A stretch of 62,025 bases of DNA, the filler included, from Choristocarpus tenellus KU-1152 (lineage: Eukaryota; Protista; Phaeophyceae): the NCBI GenBank assembly GCA_964200185.2. It is 8 parts of 8 records of this genome, joined end to end, with 100 filler letters (N's around TTAATTAATTAA, not from the genome) between each part and the next. Parts side by side here need not be neighbours in the genome. Positions count along the whole stretch, not along the records: positions 1 to 5,425 come from CAXNAD020010820.1; positions 5,526 to 19,554 come from CAXNAD020001297.1; 6 more parts are not named here. One strand, 5' to 3'. Under the pieces are notes generated by a model. It saw nothing but the letters and a program-made list of their open reading frames with translations, was not told where the DNA came from and searched no databases. Positions 1 through 11,800 of this stretch are shown one piece after another (within the stretch, counting starts at the first letter, position 1; the number at the start of each line of letters is the position of its first letter). The position numbers were made by a program, and so were the translations under genes.

Positions 1-102
1 TCAGGGTATACCTTTTACACATGATGTTCAAGATAGGTCACCTTCAGGGTATACCTTCTATACATGATGTTCAAGATAGGTAACCTTCAGGGTATACCTT
101 CT
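1..102. repeat. 43-bp tandem repeat (~2.4 copies, cut by window start)
   Basis: TCAGGGTATACCTT(T/C)TA(C/T)ACATGATGTTCAAGATAGGT(C/A)ACCT recurs at 1 and 44, and partially at 87. Confidence 0.85.
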
Positions 103-1352
103 GTGGAATGTGGCTCTCACATATATATACTACAATTTAATAGGGGTACAACATTCGGTAAGTGCGGTTGTTCTTTCATTGATTACATTGTGCAATTGTT
201 ATACAACCGAAAAAAGAATAGCTTGAAACGACCATACTTTCTTGGTCAAGAGAGAATAGAGGTGTGTATCCCTTCCATGAGAATCGGGCTCATCTATGGC
301 TATCCCTGTGCGCTGTACGTAACCCTAAACACCGGGCGTGTCGGAAGGTAAAAATACGACAAGACTTCCTCTTTGTGTAAGGTGATCAGATACGTACGGC
401 CGGAGGATGATTTGAACTGACCGCGACATGCCATCCTCTCTGGGCTTGACTCGATGTGCAAAACATTTTCTCTCTCTCCTTCTGTTTGTTTCACCTATCC
501 CATGTCCAATGTGCCCACCAGATGCAGACATCCCGCAATCAACTGAGAGGCTTTGTCCAACCACCGAACACCGCCATGCCTCCAAAGGGAATCAGAAGGT
601 GAGTCCCCATACGAGAAACGTTCAGCCTTCGTGCAGCCTAAACTGGAGCGTTTCTGAATGATCAATATCGAAAACACATCATCATGATTTAGCGCCTTTG
701 GCGGATGTTGCGGCTTTCGTCCGTTCACGTAGCATGTATTAGCATGTCGCTGCATTGATGGTGTACCCAAGCGGTTGCATGACCTCTTAGTTAAGGCCCC
801 TAACCCAAATGTTGTTGCATAGTGTGCCGTACAAAACGCGCCCATCCGGGGTCGAGCCTTCCTCATGTACGGGCCGTTCGTGATGTGTAACGTATCCTGT
901 CAATTCCTATGTATGCGCTCCTCTCGATATCAAGTTCTAACATGTCTTGTATTCAGCTTTTGCGAAAGCATGAACATGCCCCTCCCATTAGGAATGATCT
1001 CGTTATTGCTTTCTTAATGTATAGCCCAAATCCGGGTTAGGTCTAGATGGCGTTGCTGTTCATGACACTACATTGTTTCACACGAGATAGGCCTACAAAC
1101 AGACAAGACACAGACTGGGTCCTAATTACATTCCCTCGCATTCCAATACAGTGCAAAGCGGTAGCAATGGAGACCTCAATGCGTTATGTCTGAAGGTCTT
1201 CAGGACTACGACCAAACCAATTTCGTCCACCACTGCTATGTTGCAACCTGTGTAAATATTTTGTCGAAAGGTCCAGATAGAATACCAAGTGAAAGTAATT
1301 TCGCGTCAAAATCGGCGTAAACCCTATGCACGCCGTTCTGTCTAGACCTAAA

Positions 1353-1610
1353 GAGTCAAAGTATCTTAGAGGGTAGAATCATGTCCGTTTGGGGGACAAA
1401 CTCCAATGTTCCGATTTTGATGTAATTTTGGGTTTTGTATTTGTTAGGAAGTGTCAATATTCTTGTTCCGGACACACCTTTTCATAGTATATATATTTTA
1501 CCTACTCCGAAACACTTCGGACTAGGAAAATGTCATAAGAAACCTGTGGGAGGCCAAATCCCAAACGGAAAAACAGGGCAAAACTCGTACCTTCTAAGAT
1601 ACTTCTATTC
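1353..1610 (+). mobile_element. MITE family A copy 1 (non-autonomous TIR DNA transposon)
   Basis: Starts GAGTCAAAGTATCTTAGAGGGTA and ends TACCTTCTAAGATACTTCTATTC (imperfect TIR). Body aligns by eye with 5 other copies. No clean TSD here (AAA/CGC). Confidence 0.85.
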
Positions 1611-1855
1611 CGCAGTATAGTCCACGGCTCTGTCCACACTGGCGGATTTTTGTTTCGTGTATATTAAGAGGCCTCCATGTCATGGCGCTTTGAAATCCAG
1701 GGAGGAAATGCTCACGTTAGGCCAAGATTGGCGACGTGTGCGGTGTTGAAGAGTTTCCAACATATCCACTCCTCATTGCGTTTTTCTCGGTCGTGAACAC
1801 AACCACACGACACAACACATGTTTACGTGTTCATTTGTATTCGGAGCTTGTATCA

Positions 1856-2412
1856 AGCAGCTGTCAGCAGTGGTAACACCAACATTTTCAAACCCAATGC
1901 CCCGTACTTGTTACCTGTACAACCGTGTACACACCGGCTGTCACCAGTGATACTAGCAACATCTTCAACCGTGTACACACAAGCTGTCAGAAGTGGTAAT
2001 ACCAACATTTTCAAATTCCATGCCCTGTACTTACTCCCTTTACAACCGTGTACACAACAGCTGTCAGCAGTGGTAGTACCAACATCTTCAAATTCAATGC
2101 CCTGTATTTATTACCTTTACAACCCTATACTCACCGGCTGTCAATGGTGGTATCACCAACATTTTCAAATTCCATGCCATGTATTTATTACCTTTTTACA
2201 GACGTGTATACAACAGCTGTTAGCAGTGGTACTACCAACATTTTCAAATTCGATGCCCTGTATTTATTACCTTTCCAACCACACCAGCTGTCAATGGTGG
2301 TGTCACCAACGTTTTCAGATTCAGTGCCCTGTACTTCGTTCATTTACAACCGTGTACACAACAGCTGTCAGCAGTGGTAATATCAACATTTTCAAATTCG
2401 ATGCCCTGTATA
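1856..2412. repeat. ~77-bp minisatellite, ~7.5 degenerate units
   Basis: The CTGTCAGCAGTGGTAATACCAACATTTTCAAATTC... core recurs at ~1861, 1938, 1984, 2061, 2138, 2217, 2288 and 2365. Confidence 0.9.
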
Positions 2413-3154
2413 TATTAGACTCAAAGTATCTGAGGGAGGGTGGCGGCTGTCCATTTGGGGTCAGTTTTTTCATAACACATCAAATTTATTCATTAAATTG
2501 TCTGACATATGTCAAGCATATACCTGTGTAAGGTTGCCCTCCCGACATCTAACCCGAGTCGGCGCGTAAATTCCTTTCATCTTCATCTTTTACTTTCGCG
2601 ATTCGACGTAATGTTTTCCTGCTCAGGATTTCTGTTTCTAATCGACCCACACATCCCCAACAGTCTTGCCGCACTTTGGATATTGATGGCCTTTACCGTT
2701 CGACAGAACACATGAAATTCATTCATTACCGTCTGCCCTATGTCAAAGCACAAACTTGTGCATGATTGCCCTCTCTACATATTACCTTGGTCGGCACGTA
2801 AATCCTTCCCATCTGCGTACGGTATTGGTGCTTTCTCATATTCAATATTCATCCCATATCGACGGGGTTTACCGTTCGATACATGTTAGCAAATAGCGGT
2901 CTTCAAGGAAAGTGCTACGCCGTCCTCATGTCCACAGCATCGCTACGCCCTTTTCATATCACGTTTGCATAGCCCACGCATGGACGAACCTTGCACTCTG
3001 TACAGATCCCGTCATCACTAATCACATAGTCTATCACTGTTTGTACAAAAACACCCTTGCTGTGATCGCCTAACAATAGCATCCACCCCTACGTTGATAT
3101 CCTTCTCGTTTGCTGGTACCGTTGCCGCCACATTTTCCCCCCTATCTTAACAGA

Positions 3155-4450
3155 CAGTCGGCTGGAGGCCCAAGGAATAATAAAGACCAAAAGACGACAG
3201 ACTTGATCACGTCGAACCTCAGCGCGACACGTACGATGGACCTGGCCACATCTGACTTCTTGTCACCGAGGTACAATGCCAACCTTTTTGACAACGATAG
3301 AGTGGAGTCGGTATTCTCGAAGCTGGGGCCGGACCCATAGGTCGCTGCTGATAGGCTTGCAGGAAACCTGAGTGGGCAGCCTTTTCCACTGTGCTCGAGA
3401 TAGCAAACCATAAGCGACTTCAAATTCGACATGCGCAGGGAAAATGTGCCCTCTAATGTGCCCGACGGTGAACTACTTGCAAACTACATCGCCAACAGCA
3501 ACCTGTTCGTAAACGAGAATGGCGACGATAGGGATAAAGACGATGACGACAACCTCTTATTTTGCCTGAATGGACAACATCGCATAATGGTACTGAGGAT
3601 AACCGAATGCATTGCGAAGGAAGATAATGTTCCATGTGGCATCAACCTCCCGGCCCACGTCACAACGCGATGGACTGAAAGTATCTTAGAGGGTACGAAT
3701 TTTGCCCTGTTTGTCCATTTGGGGCTTGGCTTCCCATGGAGTATTTGTACGACATTTTCCTACCCCAAACTGTTTCGGAGTAGGTAAGATGTGTATATTA
3801 TGAAAGCGTGCGTCCGGAACAATGATGTTGACACTTCCTAACAAACATGATAGCCAAAATTACATCAAAATCGCAACATTGGATTTTGTCCCCTATATGG
3901 ACGCGGCTCTACCTTCTAAGATACTCTGGCTCATGGGCCTCGGACATCGGAGCGAACCTCCAGATTGGCGATCATAGGAGGTTCAAATGGAAGATCTATC
4001 CACACTGCAACCGCGAAAAGGCTGGATCCATTTCGATAGAAGAGAGTGTGGCAGCCAGTAGGTCGCGTGTGCCCGACATTCTCGGCATATTCCATTGGAT
4101 GGTGTCTTGGGTTGCCACTATCCTGGAGTATAGGCGCGACATCAGTTGCGATAAGTCCCACCCCTACGTCCAGGAAACGGAAGAGGACTCTGGTCGTTGC
4201 ACGCGCATGACAACATTGGTCACCAGGTGCAACCAATACTGTCTAGGAGACATAGACTTCTAGAGTGCAGACGCCGCGTTACAGATGGTTATTAAGAGGA
4301 GGGTAGCTGCTGCCAAGATAAAGGCATTCCTCAAAGAAGCTTGGGAGGACACACACATGGAAGCCAGGATGAGTAGACTCACCGACCAAACCTCCATCCA
4401 GTTCTTCAACGCGATCACTACCCTTATCTACATATGCGTGGGAGAAGGTG
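3155..4450 (+). pseudogene. Degenerate ORF with ParB/Srx-superfamily-like CLNGQHR motif, interrupted by a MITE
   Basis: ORF pieces 3110, 3431, 3847 (post-MITE part) and 4285 form one frame once MITE 3673-3932 plus one ATG TSD is removed (…HVTTRW|ASDIGANL…). In-frame TAG stops at 3338, 3401 and 4261. Motifs SPRYNANLFDNDRVESV and LLFCLNGQHRIMVL. Confidence 0.55.
3673..3932 (-). mobile_element. MITE family A copy 2
   Basis: TIRs GACTGAAAGTATCTTAGAGGGTA / TACCTTCTAAGATACTCTGGCTC; TSD ATG (3670-3672 and 3933-3935). Confidence 0.9.
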
Positions 4451-5425
4451 AGGTTCTCACGGCTCCTTCCACAGGAAACGATTTGTGAAACGACCATGAA
4501 GCATCGCCTACTTTTCGTCGCCCATATTCATATTAATTCTGCGTCGATGATCCAACCAACCTGATCCCTTTCTTCCCCTCACTATGTTCCACCAGAGACA
4601 AAAGAACTGGAGGAGATCCTTCTTGGTGTGTGGAGAGAGCACAAGAAGCGCGACAGATCAAGTGTAGCACGGTGCAGCCATCCCCACATTTGTACGTCCA
4701 ATACCCCATCACTAACGGTCCAACAACACTGTAGTAGCCCCTGCCTTCACATACTGAGCTTGAATTGACGTTTTATATATGTGTATCGCTATCAACCTTA
4801 TGGCATACGACATTAACCAATTAACCCACTCCCACTCTCACGTTCTTCTGTCCTGATCATCATGTTACCTTATTCTCCACACACCCAACGCGCACCTGAC
4901 TAGGACAAATTCGACTTTAGAGCGGTTCACATGTTCACTGTGTTGTGGTATGCTAATCCGGATGTCGCCATCGAATCCCTCAAGAACAGTGGGGGGTTCA
5001 CACACACCTACAGGCTGAAGGTGGGTTAAACATTCCCAACTACGTTGTCCCCACACGACGCCACACTTGACATAGGGCAGACATTAATGAAGGAATTTGA
5101 TTTGGTTCTGTCGAACGGTAAAGACCATCAGTTTCCAAAGAACTCCAAGTCCATAGGGTTCTGCTGCGCTAAGCGCATCGCCTGGTAACCCTTCTCTGAT
5201 CGATTCACTGTTAAACCTAAATCCTCCACATCCTCAAAGAACGTTCTTTACCGGTCTCCTAACAACACACCATCGCACATTTTATGCACATGTAGCTCAC
5301 AGACGAGGTCAAAAAGCAGTATTTCGCAAGAATGCGCACTGATGCCCTCGCAGGAGCTGGCTTAGCCATCCTCGGAGGGGAGACCTGTTGAACTATCCCA
5401 CACTGGACCCGCGGCTTTTATGGTG

Positions 5426-5525
5426 NNNNNNNNNNNNNNNNNNNNNNNNNNNNNNNNNNNNNNNNNNNNTTAATTAATTAANNNNNNNNNNNNNNNNNNN
5501 NNNNNNNNNNNNNNNNNNNNNNNNN
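5426..5525. other. Artificial contig linker (N44-TTAATTAATTAA-N44)
   Basis: Six-frame-stop 12-mer padded with N. The same linker occurs at 19555-19654, 26551-26650, 30096-30195, 32825-32924, 39587-39686 and 55202-55301. Confidence 0.95.
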
Positions 5526-5683
5526 GTAGCGACTGTCCATTTGGAGTCAATTTTTTAATGTCACGATTTTTGGGTGATTTGGTTGCATACGTCGGATGGG
5601 TACTGTAAATGCACGTTTCCTGATTTTGGTCGAAATGGACACCCTAGTGTATACCCCCCCCCCCCTCCCAGGTACTTTGGGTC
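5526..5683 (+). mobile_element. MITE family B (poly-G/C TIR), left end lost in the linker
   Basis: Begins GCGACTGTCCATTTGGAGTC (matches the 2441 region) and ends CCCCCCCCCCCCTCCCAGGTACTTTGGGTC. Related termini at 2418, 19525 and 26483. Confidence 0.6.
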
Positions 5684-5812
5684 AAGAATTAAGGGCAACG
5701 TGAAGAAACGTTTCAGTCAAGCTTATTGTTTTTACGGCAGTACCTACCCTCATTGACGCAGCTCAAATCACACCTCTATTCCATGCCATAAATTTCGATT
5801 CCTCGCTTCTAG

Positions 5813-8800
5813 GGAGACAATGAAGTTCAGATGCTGGTGGCTATTCTCAATGATACACTTTCTGAGAACAATGAGGCATGTATGCGTCTCAAGGCACAGT
5901 ATGAGGCATACTCCTACCTCTGGCTCACTGACATGTGAGAGATGCCAATGATGCCCAAATGATATCGAATTCATGTCCACATCAATATTATGCCCATTTA
6001 AAAAATGATTTTCCTCATTGTGTTATCGGTTCACCAGCTTTGAAAACATCAAATCAATCTTTTGCTCAACCTGTGTGCACAGGGATGCGTATTTCAAGGA
6101 GTTCACAGAAGAAGCTGTGACAACAACTGAACTAGGACAGCAGCTAACAGACCTAGACAAGTTTGAGAAAGTGATTAAGAAGTATGAGGGAGTGCAAACC
6201 TCTGCCAAGAAGCTTTCAAGGTACCAACTACTCCTGAGTATTATACAAGGCTTGAATGGTCAATACAGTCACTTGTGTGCACACACTCTGTAACGTATCG
6301 ATTGTGATAAGATAGTTCCTGACCCTAATGTTTGCAGAGAAGACCTCTGTTATTCATATTTTGGGAGGCTGATATTGAATGGTACTTCCTTATTTGTCTA
6401 TGCTAATCCGGCCCCTGACACCCACGGACTATTCTTGACATGACACATTGTCTCTGAAGACTGCCCATGCCAATTCAGTGATTGCTTGGACAAGGCGATC
6501 TTGTGATGTGCAGGTTCAAAGTACCCGGTTCATCCACTCCCCATTGTAATTACATTTTTCCTTTTCCCTCAGGCATCATTTCTTCATCTACTCCATTCAC
6601 AGGAGAAGTGCACTAGCTCTATAGGATACCTCTGAGAACTATTCATTTGCCTCTGTGACTATTTAATGCTGTATGACATTGACTTAACATATGCTACTAC
6701 TAGTACATTATTTTTCATGTGGAATGAATGCAGGATGAAAACATCATGACTCTCTTAATACGGAGTAGTAGGCCAATGCTTTGTGATGCTTACAACCATA
6801 TCTAATGCACTTTCAATGTTCCACAGTCCTCAGGATATTGGCTGGTTAAGGGTCAAGGCGACACCTATTAAGCAAGCTTTGGTGACCTGGTCTACGAAAT
6901 GGGTTAATATGTTCACAACATACCTGCAGACCACCCTGGTGAGACTCAAAAACGTACTTGGGCATATTATTGACAAGGAGAATATGTGAGATGATTGTCT
7001 CCTAGCCTATCTATGTTGTATCACACTTGGAAAGGTTTAATAAGAGTCCTCTTCTGCACATTTGATGCCCAGGTCAATAAACTTGCTTCTCTGGATAAAT
7101 TCATCACTGAGGTGTCTTCTGGTTTGGATGCTGAAGTATCGGAAGGCCCTGATGGCAAGGCTAACCTCATGAAGGTAAAATAGACCTTTATGAGATGGAT
7201 GTGGAGCTTGTTTGAATGTGGAGGGTGAAACCACCATTGGAACATTAACGGTCAAACCTGATCGAGGAATGGTGAGGGCGGCGCACTGTATAACTTGCAC
7301 ATGATTGAATCACAGCAAAAGTAATCATTATCCACTAACAGTTCGCCACCTTTAGCACGCACAGCAAAGTTCATAACAAACAAGGAGAAAATGTACAACA
7401 AGCAGCAGATACAGATTGATTACTACAAGCAAGCTGTTGTTGAGAAAAAAAGTGCAATACTACTATCAACATTGATTTTGCGCTACCTCTTTCCCTAAAG
7501 GAAAGTTGTTGATTGTCCTTCTGTAGGGAAACCTTTTGACTTTTGAGCACAGAAACGGAAAAAAAACTATGCTGTAGTTAGGAGTGCACAATAGTGCTGC
7601 AATCAATAAGTTTCAAAAAATCATTATATCGGAAATTGCCTTGACTTTTGAGTTGCAGATAAAAAGGAAGTCCTAAGCCAGTAATAGGAGTTCAACTTGC
7701 TTGGAACGCTTCAGCAATCTATGCTTAGGATTTCCATTCATTGAAAATAAATTGCATATCATTGACACCTTATCTTCCAGCATCCATTTCAACCTGTCAG
7801 GTGATGAAAGACATCAGTGAGGTACGCAAGGCCATGGAAACAACGCAGGAAATGTTCAACCCCCTTCATCAGATGGTTGTCATGCTCAAGCAGCATGGAA
7901 TCGATGTGTCAGGAGTTCAAGTGGCGGAGAAAGATGTTCAGGTTAGTTCAAATTAATATAAGGACAAGTGGGAGTGGCGTTTTTATCTCCTCCCCCTGCC
8001 ATTAGGCCTCTTTGTCTGCTCATCTATAGCAGCATCTTGGGAATATATATATCCAGCTCCTCATCTCTTCGCTCATATGTCAAGTGGTGTGTTGGTTCAT
8101 ACACCTGCTGTTCATCTCAGGATTATCTTGAGGAAGCCCCAATGGCATGGGATGCTCTGGTGAAGAAGACCTTTAGGAAAAAAGAGGAGATTCTACCCAT
8201 GCAGATGGCTGAGGTGAATAAAATGATTTACTTTTAGAAGACCTTTTGTGCGTAAGCCTCAAACACCATTTATTTTGCTTCAGGATGAGATTAGTAGACC
8301 TCTATCAGCACCAACCCCTTTGTACACTATTGAGCTCTATATCAACCTTGGAGTGAGTGCTCTAACAAACATGTCTGTACTGTAGGTTGATGCCCTCAAA
8401 GAAGAGTTGGAGGGATTCTTCCTGGCTATGAGGGAATTCCGTAATCAGTTTAGGGCACAGGCCCCGTTTGCGTTCCAGGGTCCAGTTGAGGAAGCCTATG
8501 AGAAAATGGAGGAGCATGCTGCTAAATTAATGGAGAAGGAGTCACAAGTACGCAAGTACAATGAACTGGAAGATCTATTTGAGCTACAGGTATCCAAGTA
8601 TCCAGAGACACAAGACACTCGCATGGAGCTGAGGATCCTCAAGGGCCTCTGGGATTTCAAGGCAATGGTGGATAGCTCCTATGTGGATTGGCGCACTGCA
8701 CTTTGGAATAAGATTGACACAGAAGCACTGGACGATGAGAACAAAAACATTCTCAAACAGCTGCGTAAGCAGGGCAGTGACTTCCCTGTTGTGAAGGGCT

Positions 8801-11800
8801 GGCAGGTATACCGAGACATTGAGGATGCCATCAAGAATATGGGTGTAGTTCTACCACTTATCAATGACCTTCATAGTGATGCCATGCGGGTCCGCCACTG
8901 GAAGAACCTGGCTAAGGTGTGTGAGGTAAAGAGTGTTGATCCTAGCGACTCAAAGTTCACAATGGACGACATGATGCAACTTCAGCTCCACACCCATGTC
9001 GAAGATGTATCGGAGATAGTAGAGACTGCTCAAAAGGAGCTTAAGATTGAGAATAAGCTTCAAGTTATTGAGGCTGCATGGAAGGACATGGTCCTGGATT
9101 ACATTCCCCGCAAAGATACCGATATGTTTGTTGTCAAACCCTCTGAGGAGCTTGTGGAAAGTCTGGAAGCGCACCAGATGGAGCTACAATCGATGGTTGG
9201 CATGGGGAAGTTTGTGGACTTCTTCCGTGACCGTGTGATGCACTGGCAGAAGACCCTGGGAAGTGTTGAGGAAGTTCTAAAGCTCTGGTCAAACGTTAGT
9301 CGTTCCTGGGCCTCTTTGGAGAGTATATTCTTGGCCTCAGCTGACATTCGCTCACAGCTGCCAGATGGTGAGAAAGTGATGGGGATTCAGGTAACACCCA
9401 CATAGACATAGTTGGAATGAACTTGAAATTCAGCAGAAAGGTGGTTCTGGGAAGTGAATTAGTAGTTGGAATTGCACTGGAGTAGGACCAATGAGCGCTC
9501 CCTAATGCGTAGTTGATAAGGGGTAACTAACCTCAACGCTCTGGGACTGATCAATTACAGACACTAAGCGTTTTGAGGGGATTGACAGCGAGTTCAAGGA
9601 GCTTATGAAGGAAGCCATCAACGTTCCCAATGCTGTGGATGCCTGTGGGGTGGAAGGTCGTGCTGAAGGCTTGAAGTCCATGATGCAGCGTCTAGAAATG
9701 TGCCAGAAGAGCTTGAATGAGTATCTTGATATGAAGAAAAAGGTGAGGACATAGTGCACTACTCTCAGGATTCAATGTGCTCAATACCAACACAATTTTA
9801 TGTCCAGGTGAGTGGTTTGAGGTGCTCTTAACATTGGTGAGGTTTCCTTCTAGATAGTTATTACCTTGCCATTTTCTTACAAATTAAATCACCATTGCAA
9901 GTATATCCAAGTTCATCTCTGTACATCACTTGCCGTCCCAATATCTCCAAGATTTTCCCAAGGTTCTATTTCGTGTCCAATGTGGCCCTCCTGGATATGT
10001 TGGCCAACGGCACAAATCCACCAAAAATCATGCCATACCTAGGGGACTGCTATGATGCCCTGGCAAACCTCAATTTCCTTCAGTTGGAGGATGGATCAAT
10101 ATCCACCAAGACAGTTAATGAAATGGTAAGTGCAGAAGTGTTACTGAGGCTGGCAGGGCAAGGTATGACTCGACTTTTGCCCCCCCCCCTGTCCAGTACT
10201 TACTTTGATACAATCTAGTGCAGGGTCTGGGTTGCCTACCAGGTTACTATTGTAGGTTTTTCTGGGTGGAAATTTTCGAGTGTGTTTAGTATATGCATGC
10301 ATACATTGATTGGCCTTCTTTTTTAGCAGGCAATTGATTGTGTAGATTCGCAAATGAGAGATCTTGCAATGGCAAACAGTCCTGTAACCCCAGGAGCCTA
10401 TCTACATTGATATGAGTGGATGTTGCTTGTACTAGCATCACTTAGTGTATGCTTCTTGCTTGCTGCCTGGTCAAAAACAGGTAGCAAAGGATGGGGAACA
10501 CCTAAAGACTCATGATGATTTCACCATGGAAGGCGAGGTTGAAGCATATCTCAACAGATTGAGTGAAATGATGGTGATGACTCTCAAGCTCCGTCTCAAT
10601 GATGGAATAGATACAGCCGTAAACTGGGAGGTTGAGAAACCTCGCCATAAGTGGCTATTTGACTATCCTGCACAAGTTGTGCTGACAGGGACACAAATTT
10701 ATTGGACTGAAGAGACAGAGGGTGCCTTAGAAGAGTTTGAAGGAGGTCAGGAGGATGCTGTCAAGAGGTACCTGGGGGTGTGCAATACTCGGCTGTCAAA
10801 TTTGATTGACTTGGTTCTGGGTGAGCTTAGTGGGGAGGACCGAACCAAGATCATCTCCCTCATCACACTTGATGTTCATGCTCGAGATGTAGTACAAAAG
10901 CTTATCAATGACAAGACAGAGGGCCCTGCAGCATTTTTGTGGCAACAGCAATTACGCTTCTACTGGGTGCAAAACAACATGGATGTGGACATTAGAATTA
11001 CTGACTTCAGATGCAAGTATTTCTATGAGTGGATTGGAAACACTGGGCGCTTGGTCATCACCCCTCTCACTGATCGCTGCTATATCACTCTCACAATGGG
11101 ACTACGGCTTTTCCTTGGTGGAGCCCCTGCAGGACCTGCAGGCACTGGCAAGACAGAGACAACAAAGGACCTTGCTAGGGCATTGGCCCTCCCATGTTAT
11201 GTATTCAATTGCTCAGACCAAATGAACTATCAAACTATGGCGGATATTTTCCGAGGTCTGGCACAGACTGGAGCATGGGGTTGCTTTGATGAGTTCAATC
11301 GTATCCCCATTGAGGTGCTTTCAGTGGTTGCAACTCAAGTCAAGACTGTGCAGGATAACATTGTCAAGTACAGTGTACCTGCAAACCGTGATTCAGAGTA
11401 CCAGCATCTGCCTGCTGGTACTCCTCCAGTGAAGGTTGGACTATTTGATTTTATGGGTGACATCATAAGTCTCATTCCTACATGTGGTTTTTATATCACA
11501 ATGAATCCTGGTTATGCAGGGAGGACAGAGCTGCCTGAGAATCTCAAGGCTCTCTTCCGCTCTTGTGCCATGATTCGACCAGATCTTAAGCCAATATGTG
11601 AGAATATGCTCATGTCTGAGGGATTCCAGAAAGCCAGGCATCTTGCTATCAAGTTTGTAACACTCTATGAGTTGTCATCAGACCTTCTTTCTAAGCAGTT
11701 CCACTATGACTGGGGATTACGAGCAGTGAAATCAGTGCTACGGGTCGCAGGAATGCTGAAGCGTGGAGAGCCTCTGCTTGATGAAGCCCAGATCCTCATG

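Larger units (their letters stand above)
2418..5425 (+). mobile_element. Putative decayed DNA transposon (left TIR-like end, subterminal direct and inverted repeats) carrying the ParB-like ORF; right end not seen before the contig ends
   Basis: GACTCAAAGTATCTGAGGGAGGG...CTGTCCATTTGGGGTC at 2418 resembles the MITE-family termini. Internal direct repeat at 2509/2739. 2674-2746 is inverted at 5067-5140. Confidence 0.4.

Noticed and set aside
1856-2412. CRISPR-like array, and the 234-aa ORF 1827-2531
   Set aside because: Units are similar along their full length with no unique spacers, there are no cas genes and the context is eukaryotic. The ORF is a by-product of the repeat.
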